The notes beneath the pieces were generated by a model, which was given only the letters and a program-made list of their open reading frames with translations, searched no databases and was not told the DNA's origin. From Octopus bimaculoides (Eukaryota): DNA of 64,000 nucleotides. The stretch spans positions 66,388,851 through 66,452,850 of the forward strand of contig NC_068992.1 in assembly GCF_001194135.2 (NCBI RefSeq), in the 5' to 3' direction. Positions 37,128 to 49,650 of this stretch are shown one piece after another. The translations under genes and the position numbers were made by a program. The stretch's first letter is position 1; each line of letters starts with the position of its first letter.

Positions 37128-38589
37128 CAGCTCCCACTTATAACATCGATAACTTTCCTGGTTTAGTTTTTCATTTCTGTTTAGTGTTAATCCTGTAAAT
37201 AGATATTGATAAATACAAGTGAACATACATTTCCCCCGCGCTCGCCCACAGGCATGCATGCACACAGGCACACTCCTGCATGCACGCACACACACATGTT
37301 GGTGGCTACAAAGGAGTATTGACTTTTGTTGTTGAGTCATCAGAAATAGGTAGCCTGTGTGCATGTGAGAATGGATAAATTCACTCACCAACAGTGAAAG
37401 CTACTCGTTTCTCTCAGTAGTTTACATCTTCAACTATAGAAATCAACCCAACAATGGGCTAAGCATTTATTGATTTGGGATACAAACTTTTAGCTTGTTC
37501 TTTCTATATGTTTGGTTAGCATTTAAAGCCATTCTCTACGTTATTGAATGCTCTTTTAAGAGGCACCGGTGTTGGCTTGCATTTATAAAGCTGTACCTTA
37601 GAATTCTATAATGAGCAAGTCAGCTTAATTAGTTCAGTTTGAACTCTCTCTCTCTCTCTCTCTCTCTCTTCAGATGTAGCAATTGATATCATATCTTTGA
37701 ATAACCATTAAAAATATTTCAAATATTACCATGGCAACTGAATTAAGGATTCTAAAATAACTCTTTAAAGCAGTATTGCTTGATTGCTAAGACAAACTGG
37801 CATTGATATCCCGAAGATCTATGGTACCATGATAGCCAGTTATATGCATGTTTGGCATAAAATAACTTTCAAACACAAGATTCTCACTGAACTAGAGTCA
37901 ATTTTTCTAACTGTTCCATCTGTCTGTAGAATTGTTAGGTGGAATGTTTCATAGCTTGAAGCTTATGTTAATGAATCTCTGTTTAAGATGGTCTTCTTCC
38001 TTTTCTAATTGAGCCAGTTTCATCATTGAAGTTATTTCTTCATTCAGTTGTTAAAATAGTTGTTTTCTAGTACAGCTGGTAGTAACATTTATATCTTAGT
38101 GAAGTGAGGAAAAAAAAGTTATTTCAATAAAAACAAGACTGAGTTGAAATATCATAGAATGATTTATAACCTGAAACATTTTACATGTCTAAATAAAGTG
38201 GGGTAAGTTGTTATAAACATCATATTTCTGTATTTACATTATCTTGTAAGTTTGGGTGTTGCTATATTCCTAAATGTATTTACAGTGTTTCAAACTAATT
38301 CTGAACTAAAACATTTTAATGTCCATTGGTTTAGTGAATAAGTAAATTACTGTCCTTAATTAAAGATACTGAGTTCCAATGTAATCTGGGACCATCAATA
38401 TCTACTTATACAGGATTAAGACAACTGATAGGTAAAACTAATCACAATGAAAATGTTACGTAGACCTCCTCCTCCTGTCTGCTTTCCAGGCTGGCATGGG
38501 TTGGCGTAGCTGTCACAGTTTATGCACATTAAAGATAAAGTAATAAGTCCAGGAAATTGTAATCTTTATTTAAATTGACTGTTTGGTAG

Positions 38590-38720
38590 ATACCAAATCC
38601 ACTCAAGGCTTTGATTGACCTGTGGCTTTAGTAGAAGATGCTTGTCCAAGGTGCTGTGCAGTGGGACTGAACCCCAAAACCATGTTGTTGGGAAGTGAAT
38701 TACTTAATCATACAGCCACA
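38590..38720 (-). mobile_element. SINE family A head, antisense
   Basis: ACCAAATCCACTCAAGGCTTTG...CCAAGGTGCTGTGCAGTGGGACTGAACCCCAAAACCATG..GGGAAGTG. Confidence 0.85.
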
Positions 38721-39594
38721 TACATCTGCACTTGCAACATGGTCTTTAAAAGTCATTTAGGATAATTAGTGTAATTAAACTATAAAAAAGAACAAAAAAC
38801 TATATATAAACCGCTAAAATCAGTTTATAAAATGAGAAAATAATTATCTGAGCTGTTTTCCAATGGTATCATATCTCCATGGTATCTAAGATATAGTGCA
38901 CCACGTACATGTTTGTGAGTAATCCTATCTTAGATATTATATTGCACGATATGTTCGTGGGCAGCCATGTCTGCTGGCAAGTTTGTAATTCATCTGAAAT
39001 GTATGCATACATACATGCATGCATGCACATGTAGACAGTCATGCATGCATGTACACATGCACTCATTCAATAAATTGTAAGTTCCAAAAAGGGTAGGTAC
39101 TTAGACCGGAATATACAGGAGAGATGATACTATGTATATAAATGATGATTCTCTGAGGATTATATACACAAATAAAATAGAAATGATTTATAAAAATGAT
39201 CCTTTAATTCCTTGGATAAATAAATAAATAAATATTACATTAATGAGAAAATACTCATTAAATAGTTTCCAACAGAAAACTGCACCCAATCACTGCTTTA
39301 AAAGGATCACTGTGTCTATAGACGGACACAATTGTAATAGAAGTGGTTGGATTACAAAAGATTGTATAAATAAGTAGGTTTATACTTAAAGTGGATATTC
39401 GAGTTCAATATTTTCAGTTGTCGTTAATGCAAATATTAACTGCAGTATATTTAATAATAATACAAACACTAAATATATGGTATGGATATTGCAATCAATA
39501 TTGTAGACGTATGAGTAATGTGTAGGTTTTGTTGTAACAGACTACTAAGTACTCAGAAACTTGTATAAATTGGAAATTCAATGAGTTCTTAGTT

Positions 39595-39758
39595 TCTGGC
39601 TATGTGCTTAAGAAGTTCACTTCCCAATCACATGGTTTCAGGTTCAGTCCCACTGTGTGGCACCTTGGGCAAGTGTTTTCTATTAATGAAAGCCTTGTGA
39701 GTAGATTTGTAAGATGGAATCTGAAAAAAACCCATTGTGTGTGTGTGTGTGTGTGTGT

Positions 39759-39818
<60 letters not shown>

Positions 39819-40010
39819 CTCTCGCTCTCTACATCACATAATAGTTGTAAAAGAGCACCATTGTTATACAAAGCAGCGCTGTCCATCTTCAATCTTCTGT
39901 GAAAACATGTTAAGCCACAGGAAAATATTACCTTTGCTTGGAAATAGGTGAAGATTGGTGACAAGAAGGGCAACCGATCATAGAAAACCTGCCTCACAGA
40001 ATTCCATGTG
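39595..40010 (+). mobile_element. Composite SINE: family A head, (GT)n(CT)n, tail type 2
   Basis: Head to about 39736, microsatellite 39737-39830, tail ...CATCACATAATAGTTGTAAA...GGAAAATATTACCTTTGCTTGGAAATAGGTGAAGATTGG..AGAAGGGCA. Confidence 0.88.
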
Positions 40011-40667
40011 AACATAAAAAAACAATGATAACTCTGTTTGTAAATACTATTTCTTAAGGCATTAATTTGTGAGTTGTATCCATCTGGGTAAAGCATTTAA
40101 GTCTACTTACCTCAGTTTCAGATTTTCTGGAAGAAAGTCAACTGTCATAAATTAAGTATTTCCTTGGAAGAGTTTGTCTGTATAACAAAAGGCTTAAAAA
40201 GAAATTTTTAAGTGGAGTTAAACTTTGGTTGTTGAAATCTTTAAAATAATAATAATAGTAATAATTATAATAGTAATGAGCTTATTGTTTGCAGTGGTCA
40301 GGTGCACTACAGCTGATTGGTAAAGATTAAAAGAGGGGATAGAAGCAACAATAAGTAAAGAAAGACAATAATAAAAATGAGAAATACATACGTAGTACAC
40401 AGAATAGAACACAGAAAGACACAGAAGTGACAATGTAAAAGCCAGGAAGAGGAAAAGGTTCATAGGCATAGCAGTAGAAGTGTTGGGCAATTTTGGGAAG
40501 CACTGACAGTTAACAACAGATGTGGATGGTAATTTTTTCATAGATTTTAGTCAAAGAGGCTAAATCTAAACATTGACAGCCTAAATCAAATTTGCAAGGT
40601 TTCATTAAATTTCCATTTTCATTTATCATTAGGTCAAATATATATATCATTAGGTCAAATCATTAGG

Positions 40668-40706
<39 letters not shown>

Positions 40707-41310
40707 AAGATAGAGGTGTAGGTGTGTTTCACAGCAGAATGTTTTCTGGTGTTCCTTTGAATGGGTAATCTGTCAGGAAGATTTCTGTATTGTTGATCAA
40801 ACATGAAATGGAAGAACAGGTGATCATTATGAAAACACCTCCCCACTCTCCCTCACACACACACACACACACACGCACTTGTGTTGATAAGGAGTTGCTT
40901 TGCTGTAAAATTTCCACCCCCAATTATACATGCCCTGCTACCCATATTTGTTGCACTTTTGTGATGGTGCAGGTGATATCGTGGCAGATGTGCTTGGTTA
41001 GACGCCTGAAAACTAAAACTATTCAAGCAAGAAAAATATGGGTGTTTAACGCCATCACCATTATCTTCACTAATATCATTGTCAGCATAATTATTATTTT
41101 AAATGTTACTTGATGACAGTTTTACATAAACAGTAATTACCATTCCTGTGTGTCAACTATATTAGTGTCATTTTACCACAAAAATATGAAGTTTGTCCAT
41201 GTAAAAGGAAAAGCGACAACAAACAAGACATGATTGCAGGGTCCACTTTAGTGAGAAATCTGTACTAATACCTTCTTTTATATGCATGTAAGTTTGCTGT
41301 GTGTGTGTGT

Positions 41311-41382
<72 letters not shown>

Positions 41383-42349
41383 ATACATGCATGTACATGT
41401 ACACATGAACCATCTATTTATAGGTCAGTCATGAGTTTATATACATGTAAAATTATTGTGTGTGCATGCATTTTATTGTTTATATTTATGACCTTGTCAG
41501 AGGTGGAAGAGCATCAGGCTTGACCATTTTTGGAGTCTCTAAGATTGGTAGAAGTGAGACAGGAAGTGATTCTCAGATTTGAGACTCCACTAAAGGTGTT
41601 ATGTATGAGCCAAACTCAGCAAGACTCCTACTATTTTGAAAATAGCATCAGTGAATCTGGGAATGTCTGTTAACTGTAAAGGGCTCACTTTATGCCACAA
41701 GATTGGAGCAGAACACTGGACTTTTTTTTTTAATAAATCATTGCCTGAGGATATTTCTTCTGGTATATATGAAGTTGTGACTTTTGATCGAAAGCATTCC
41801 ACTCATGGCTATCCATCCTCGGTGTGATCTTCCATCTTTTAAGAAAGTAGGGTGCAATTTAAGGAAGAGGTAGTTCCTATTTTTAACAGATTGGGCTCGT
41901 TGGTTAGCATTCTGCCCCTCATTGACATATATTATTTCTGGTTATATATATATTGATAATATATGGTTGTAACTTCATGTTTCGCTGCTTAAATGTTGAG
42001 TACCCCCTGATGTGCAGCACATGTGTAAATTACTATGGCTTGATCTATGTAATTGCATCATCATCAGTTGCTACATCACTCAAAAGTCATTGGTTATTAG
42101 CTTCTTCCTTGTCAACAATGTTCTTCATAACTGTTTATTTCCCCAGAATCCTGTCAACATTTTCAAAAGCAACTTCATCTCCTTTCACCCCATAGTACCA
42201 CCATTAATACACTTGGCCTTCACTAATCTCATTAAAATCTATTGATTCTATATTTGTCTTTGCTGGTTTTACGTCTGTCTTGCTTTACTAAAATTATTTC
42301 TCTCATCTCCCTGTGTCTTTTATTGTTGTGTTGTTGTTGCTGTTATTAT

Positions 42350-42480
42350 TGTTGTTTAACCCAGCTCAGTCTTAATTGAGTAGGCATGTAGTCAGACATT
42401 CCATCCATGACCATCTCTTTATTTTTACCCGGCATTGTGTATCTAGGATTACATTGCCCAATGTTTTTCCCCCCTTTTTT
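42350..42480. repeat. Interspersed repeat family D, partial
   Basis: GTTTAACCCAGCTCAGTCTTAATTGAG..CAGACATTCCATCCATGACCATC..GTATCTAGGATTACATTGCCCAATG. Confidence 0.7.
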
Positions 42481-43639
42481 GAAACTGCTGAAGAATTGTT
42501 CAGAATTGTTCCAATGGAACTTAAGTCAATGACCACCTGGATTATCTACACCTGGATTATCTACAATTTGCTGGAAGTGACTTTTCTGAACATTGTTAGA
42601 TTCCTCATGAGAAAGTCTTGAGCTGTTTGGAATATATTCCTGATAAAGCTGATATGGCACTAATGCCATGTAGATGATGGTTTTTGAATCTCGTTCTAAC
42701 TGGATCATCATCATCTGAAGTATGTTCTTGTGATATTTCATAACACTTAACTGAAAACCACTCACTCATTGGCAATACCTTTCATTCTTTCTTTCTGTCT
42801 TCCCTTTTTTTCTTCCTGTAAATTAGTCAGAAGAGGAGGGGCAATGCCCATGACCTTTGGAGTCCATATTCCTCTCAGACTGGTGAAATTGATGCAAGTT
42901 GGAATAACTGCAGGAAAACATTCTGTGGGGAGTCTTCCTGTCAGTCTTTCTTCCTTCCTATCCAACCAGCCAGCCAGCCACTCCTATCCTTGAATGTAAG
43001 GAGGTTTTGTGCAGCAACCGTTTTATCCTTTAGGGATCCCAAATTCAAACGTTAAAGAATAATCATAAACTGTGCTTTTTTTCTAAAAACCAAATTGAAA
43101 AACAAAAAATGTTTAACGACACATTTTGCATAATTTTTAAATTTTTTAAAGTTAATTTTTGCATTTAGTCCATCTTTTTATTCATTTATTTATCACATTT
43201 TTGAAATTTCCTTCTGGGAGGAAAATGCTTATATGGCTTTGTTTGTGTAACCTGCTGTGTATCGCACTTTTATTAATAGCTCCACCATTTAAGATTTGCT
43301 GTTCGCTCTTTCTTCTGTACCATCTGCTTTTATCAGGAATGATAATCTTTCAGGCCTTAGAGTCTTCAGTTTTATAAATGGCAAAAGGCTGACGGAATGG
43401 CAGAAACAGTGCTTTGCACTTCTTTATTTAGCTTTTTTCTTTTTTCTTTTTTAAACCATTTTGAGATCAAATTGTGCCAGTCAACTTGGTGTTTCAAATG
43501 TCTAGAGTTGGGTTGAGTCAGATTCATTTGATAAACTACATACTGAATTTATTCAATTGACTACAGCCTTCCTACAAAATTGTTAGCTTTGTACAAATTT
43601 TATGAACCACCACCACCATCATCATCATCATTATTATTT

Positions 43640-43995
43640 AGGGTAGCAAGCTTGCAGAATTGCTAGTGTTGAACAGAATAGCATGTGGTATTTTTTGTAA
43701 CTCTTTGCAGTTCTGGTTTCAAATCTTTCATGGTTAACTTTGCCATTCACCCTTTTGGGGTTAGTAACATGAAATATCAGTCAAGTACTGGGAATTGATG
43801 GCATTGACTAATCCCTCCCCTTAAAATTGCTGACCTTGAAGATAAATCAGAAACCATTATTCTGCTGAGGTCAGCTTTACCTTTCATCTTTCGGGAGTTG
43901 ATGGAATAAGTACCAGTTGCGCACTGGGGTCAATGTAATCGACTAATCCCGTCCCCCAAAATTTCAGGCTTTGTGCCTATAGTAGAAAGGATTAT
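43640..43995 (+). mobile_element. Two tandem family B SINEs (the second is 5'-truncated and younger)
   Basis: 43640-43860 is a diverged full copy; 43865-43995 reads GAGGTCAGCTTTACCTTTCATC..GTACCAGTTGCGCACTGGGGTCAATGTAATCGAC..AAATTTCAGGCTTTGTGCC. Confidence 0.85.
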
Positions 43996-43999
43996 TATC

Positions 44000-44588
44000 A
44001 TTGTAGTTGTTCTTTGCTCAGCTGTTCACCCCTTATTTTTCAAGCACCTTTTGGAGTATTTGAACTGTTCAAGCTATGCTGTTTTCTGCAAGTGCTCTAC
44101 CTGTATTGTAATCCCTGTTTGTTCAATATACTTCTCAAGATCTTTAATTACTGTTCTTGGCTACCACCTTTTTTCAGCGATCAGCCTGCTAAACCTTTAT
44201 TTTCTTTGTCAGTCCTATCTACAACATCTCTGTGGAACTGTCCATGCATTCTTTCTTCTATCCACCTATTTTCAGTAGCCTCCACCTTCAAATACTTTCT
44301 ACTATTTTTTCATCTTTGTAATCTTCAATTTTGTTCAGACCTGACTTTCTTACTTCCAGCAATAGTAGGTCTGAGGACATTTTTTAGGTACCATGGTATA
44401 TTGTTTTCCACTGCTTCAATGCTGTCTTTGCACCCCATCAGTCCTCCTCCCTCTCCTCTTTTTCTTGGTACATACAGTCTGTCTGTGTTACTCTTTGGAT
44501 GAAATACCTTATATCTAGTCAATAACTTTCTTGTCTGTTGGTCTAAGCTGTTTAGCTCTTCTGTTGTGCATGCAATTACCCCTAAATC
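44000..44588 (-). mobile_element. R4/Dong-like (R2-group) non-LTR retrotransposon fragment, internally deleted
   Basis: Minus strand: GVIACTTEELNSLDQQTRKLLTRYKVFHPKSNTDRLYVPRKRGEGGGLMGCKDSIEAVENNIPWYLKN, then ENRWIEERMHGQFHRDV, then directly KDLEKYIEQTGITIQVEHLQKTA* (C-terminus). These are typical post-RT motifs of the group. Confidence 0.85.
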
Positions 44589-45179
44589 AAAGTACAAGGC
44601 CAGCAATTTTGTTGGGATAGGCATGACTGATACTTTATTTATGGAGCTCTTTTAAAAGGATGAAAGGCAAAGATGACCTTAATAATTTTAGAAAATAGAA
44701 ACTTTTGTGTCCACCTATGTAGAAGTTGTGACAATGCTATTGAAAGATCTGTCAACTGTCAAACAGCAACAACAACAAGCTGCAATATTACAGCAAAGGA
44801 AATAAAATGACAGTTTTTACTCCTCCTGTATCCCAAAGATAATGCCAGATGCTTGTTTCTAACAACTACAGGAGGATGTAATTAGCTTTCCATCAGCCAA
44901 ATTATTCATTTGGTTTCCTGCATTTAGCTTGAGAGAAGGGAACCCAAAATACCCCCACTTTATCAGCTCCTCTTTTTTGTCTTCTTTTTTTCTCCCTTTT
45001 TTTTATTTTTAATCCCACCCCAACTTTCCTTTTGTACTCACACAAACATTTGTGGATATGTATGTGTGTGTGAGAGAGAGAGAGAAAGTGTGTGTGTGTG
45101 TGTGTGTGTGTTTGCTGTACTGTTCTGTTTTCCTCTTTGCTGTTTCTACTTCACTTGCCCATCTCTCACTTCTTTCTGC

Positions 45180-45210
45180 TGTAGGTGCTGCTTCTAACCT
45201 AGCAGTACAA

Positions 45211-45248
<38 letters not shown>

Positions 45249-45466
45249 CTCCTCCTGATAAGCTTTCCTCCTTTGCTCTTGTGTGTCAGTTGTGGAAGTG
45301 TGTGTGTGTGTGTATATATGTATATATATATTTATATTTATATGTATATATTTATACATATATATATATATATATATGTAAAATGTAATCTCGGTGGGTT
45401 GGGGAATGGGTGTTGTGCTGTGAAGGTTTCTTCCCATCCTTCACTTGCCACATTTCTGTTGTTTTC
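45180..45466 (+). promoter_or_regulatory. Possible promoter / 5' UTR of an alternative first exon
   Basis: Pyrimidine- and (CT)n-rich block, Inr-like TCAGTT at 45286-45291, GATAAG at 45257; also a possible acceptor ctttctgctgtag at 45184. Motif-level evidence only. Confidence 0.25.
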
Positions 45467-45534
45467 ATGGTTGGTAATCTACATGTCCCAAGGCTACAAA
45501 GACACAGTTTGAACACAACACTGGCTTCTCTCAG
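45467..45534 (+). CDS. Candidate coding end of a first exon: MVGNLHVPRLQRHSLNTTLASL+AG (phase 2)
   Basis: ATG at 45467 is open for 22 codons to CTCAG|gtttgt; non-repetitive sequence between microsatellite blocks. Confidence 0.35.
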
Positions 45535-45759
45535 GTTTGTCTATCTTTTTAAGTATATTTATTCCACATCACTCACCCCACCCAAATTACTACCTGTTTA
45601 TGTATGTGTGTGTGTGGGGGGGGGCTTTATTTTGGTTTTATGTCACATTTGTAAACAAACTTATTATTTTTTTTATTTAGTTTACTTCCTTGTTTTGGAA
45701 AGTTATCAGTTAAAAAAGGTAGAAAATCTCATATTTAGCAGCAGATGGCAGAAGTGGAA

Positions 45760-46045
45760 GGGTGAAGGATGAAGTGGCTTGTGATGTTTAGTTACACTTC
45801 TTTATATTCTGAGTTCAAAACCTGTCAGCGTCAACTTCCTTTTCCATCCTTTTTAAGGAATCAAGTACCTGTCAGATATTGGAGTTCTTGTAATTGACTG
45901 TTTCTCTTTAGCCCTCAATATTTGAGGCCCTGTGCCGGTGTCGAGGCCCTGTGCCGGTGTCGAGGCCCTGTGCCAGAGTCAAGGCCCCATGCCAGAATTG
46001 AGGCCACATGCATGTGTCAAGGGCTTGTGCTTATATTAAAAATCA
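45760..46045 (+). mobile_element. Family B SINE carrying an internal 19-bp tandem array (45924-46037)
   Basis: TTCTGAGTTCAAAA..GTCAACTT..TTTCCATCC, then six units related to GAGGCCCTGTGCCGGTGTC at the position of the SINE motif GGCCTTGTGCC. Confidence 0.8.
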
Positions 46046-47133
46046 TCATTGTGTTAGAAATTTATCCTTTTGCAATGCTTAATTGCCATTCTCAAAGTTT
46101 AAGCTATTTCTATGAATATATAATTTTGTATTTTAATTAAAAATTATATTTTCAAGAAGTGAACTTGATAAAATGTTTTTAGTTATCTTTTGATGAAAAT
46201 TAATTGGTTATATTCTTGATTAAACTGTTGCTGGCTATTTCAGTGACTGGTGGTGGTGGTGGTGGTGGAGTTCACTTCTCTAAACTTCAGTTTAAAGAAA
46301 CCTTTTAATTAAATTGAGAATGCATGGCTGTTGTTTAAGCAACTGAAATGTCACTTTTTTTCTTTTTTTTTTTAAATCTCGGTTGTCTTTCATAAAATGT
46401 TGGGTTATTCTAAAGCTTTGTGTATTTTTTAACATGGGTGTGGTTCCATAATTTTGACAACTCAAGAAAACCATTGGTTAGGTTAGATTATCTTAAATCT
46501 AATGTTATTTCTTTAAATCTCTAATCTTGTTATACTTTTGTGATGGATTAAACAAAAACAGAATTTCACTGCAGACATTTAGTATAATAATATTTAAATA
46601 ATTAAGTTAAATTTAATTCTTGGATTAATTGAAGAATAAACATTTGAAAATAGTATAATGATTATGTGAAAAAGATTTTTTAAAATGAGTACCTGGTGAG
46701 AACAGAATGAAATAACAACCGGGTCTTTTACTCAGTGAGTAACTTCTAATTTTTGAGGATTCTATTTCCATCTACACACTCTGTTTAAAACAAATACCCG
46801 AAGACTTCACAACCAACTGGAAATTTAGAAGTTTTCTGATGGGAGTGATGGTGGTGGGGGTAATTTTTAAATTTCAATTTTTGTTATTTTTCTTTTAAGG
46901 GAAAATATAAAAGACATCTTTCTATCTCAAATGATAACATTCCCATTCTATCAATCTTTATAATTTACATTACACATTGGAAAGTCAGTTGTTGGTTAAA
47001 AAAGAACAATCCCTCAAAAGTTAATATTAAATAATAACCCTCTTTGCCTGGGACTGAATTATCTTTTAAGGTCACAAATGTTCAACTATTGTTTCATCCA
47101 TACAAAGTTTGCTGTCATGTTTTGGTTGTTTAA

Positions 47134-47353
47134 CCCTTTTGTGACTGTATCTTTGTTTTAAATACACTGCTTGTGTTGCATTTAATTTTGAAAATATTGA
47201 ATAATTTTGTAAAATAACTTTGTCATTATTAAGCTGTTGTTTGAACATAAATTGACATGAAATTTTGAGGGAAGGTTTTAATTTTGATCACTTTAAAATG
47301 GAATTTGTTACCATGAACAAAAAGCAGTTTCAGGCAGGTTGGTATTAAAAGGG
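47134..47353 (+). mobile_element. piggyBac-type MITE, 220 bp
   Basis: TTAA|CCCTTTT...AAAAGGG|TTAA: TTAA duplication at 47130-47133 and 47354-47357, CCC/GGG termini; second copy at 16190. Confidence 0.85.
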
Positions 47354-49392
47354 TTAATTTGTAGCCATTACAGAATATTTGTAGTTTCAAGGTGTCTTTC
47401 ACTCCAGTCTTATTTACATTGGAAATATTCACTGACATATTTCTTTTCGGCAGTTGTCAAATAAAAGTGGTAAGATGATGATAAAACTAAGATTTCAGTA
47501 TTTTAAAATTTTGTAGCCCCATTACATATATATCTTTGTATTGAGTGAGGTGTGGTACTTTACAGATCTGTGTTATATTACTTACTTTATATATATCTTT
47601 ATATTGTGATGAGTGAAGTATACTTCACTCAGCAGTGTCTTGCTTATATTGCATTGTGGTGTGTTTACAGTTGCACTTTACAAAGTTCAAAATCTAAAAG
47701 TTATTGTTGGGAGATTTTGGAAAGCATTTGATTAAGGGTAAAAGGTATTTACAAGTTGTGATCCCCTATTAGAGTAACTGTAGACATTTCCCAGTCATTT
47801 ATTATCTAAATCTCTTCTTGATTAGTCGGCAAATATTATTTGGAATGCTTGATAGCTTTCTTGAGAAGGAAGTATTTTACTAAAGATATCAATCCTGTGT
47901 GTGTGTGTGTGTTTTTTTTTTTTTATTAGGAGAACAGTAATTAAAAAGCCTTGTCAGATTTTGATTTGGTAATTATTTCTTAAAATGACTTTGTTATTGA
48001 TATTACTTTAAAAGTCTGTATGATTGACTCTATTAGACAATTGTTTTGTTTGATTTTTCCGAGACAAGGAAATATCAAAATAAAACAGTGATATATTCAA
48101 ACCAGTGTCCTTATCTTGGTTGTTGTAGTCAAAACAGTTCAGCCACTCCACTTCGAGTGTCCGTCATGTTTGGTAACATTCTGAGAGTTTCAAACTACAC
48201 TCTTTATTAAATCCACCTGGTAAATTATTCTCATTCCATTGTCCAGGAATTCTCTTGTATGAGTTATCCTCCTACTTGTGATGTAGCTTGCTTATAGTGT
48301 GTGTGTGTGTGTGTGTGTGTGTGCGCATGTGTGTATTGTTTTGATAATGTTTAGATTTTCTCATTCTGCTCATTTCCGGTATCAAACTGAGAATTGTCTC
48401 TGAAGACTTGCTGACCAAACTGATGTCTAAAGTTGGAACTCCAAGGCCTCACCCTCTTTTTGTATGTCTGACCAGACTGGGAAGTTTTTCACCAAGGCAC
48501 TGATTGGAGTAAAGGTTTTTAGAAAGACCTGCAATTACCAGTGCATGCAAATCTTCCTCTCTCCATGCCAATATTATTGTTCAAGAGAAAGCCAGGGGCT
48601 TGGCACCATTGTCATCACAGACATTGTTAGAAGTATCTAATGTTGTTGTTTCTGTAATTTTGAAACCTTATTGTTATCTGGGGGCTAAATAAAAAAAAAA
48701 AATGTTTAAAATACATGGGGTCATATTAAAGTACACTAGATAACCTTGAACAAAGCAGATATACACTGCACTATTTTTGATGCTTGGAAAGAAATTAATA
48801 GGTAGACAACCTTATTATCAATGTTTTAAAGATGAAATTATATTAACACCTTCTGTTGATCAGCTGTAGTTTTTGTTACACATTAGAAGGTATCAGTGTG
48901 CATCAAATATTTTATTAACGATTTTTTTATTGTTGAAGTCACTGCTATTAATTGCTTCCTCTCAAAACTGCAATGTAGAATTATGAAATATAAATAGATT
49001 AATTGCAGTATTTTTAATCTAGTTGCTGTTGCTATTGAATCTCTGTGTTTATGTACAATTATTATTTAATCCAGTCATTGAAAAGTTTTGTATAACTGTT
49101 ATGAAAACATTGTCATATTTGATTGGTTATTGCTCAGCCAATGAGAAACAGTATGGCTTCTCTGACAGTTGAGCTATCCTAAGGTTTTTTTTACTAGAAT
49201 CTTTCTTTACTCATTCTTATTTCTAATGTAGTGGATGGGTGGGTGATTTTACAAACAGAACTTATATCATGACAGAATCCTATAGTTCCCTGTTCTTGAT
49301 TTGTCTTATTGTCTTTTCTGTCAGAAATAGAAGCCATAGTAAATATTTTTTTTTCTTTCAAAAAGCTGTTTTGCTCTGAATTAAGAAATCAC

Positions 49393-49429
<37 letters not shown>

Positions 49430-49650
49430 TGGTTTAAAATTTTGGCATAAGGCCAGCAAGTTCAGGGGAGGGGGTAAATCAATTCCATTGACCCTAGTGA
49501 TCAACTGGTACTTATTTTATTGACCCTGATAGGATAAAAGGCAAAATCAGCCTTGACAGAATTTGAACCTGCAAGATACAGATGGATGAAATGCCGTTAA
49601 CCATTTTGCCTGGTGTGCTAACGATTCTGCCACCTCACCGCCTTCATAAT
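49430..49650 (-). mobile_element. SINE family B, antisense
   Basis: TTTTGGCATAAGGCCAGC...CAACTGGTACTTATTTTATTGACCC..GGATAAAAGGCAAA...TGCTAACGATTCTGCCA.CTCACCGCCTT. Confidence 0.88.

Noticed and set aside
40111-40126. Minus-strand 16-nt microexon candidate (ctttcttccag|AAAATCTGAAACTGAG|gtaagt)
   Set aside because: Good signals but not frame-preserving, and opposite to the other candidates; insufficient without RNA data.
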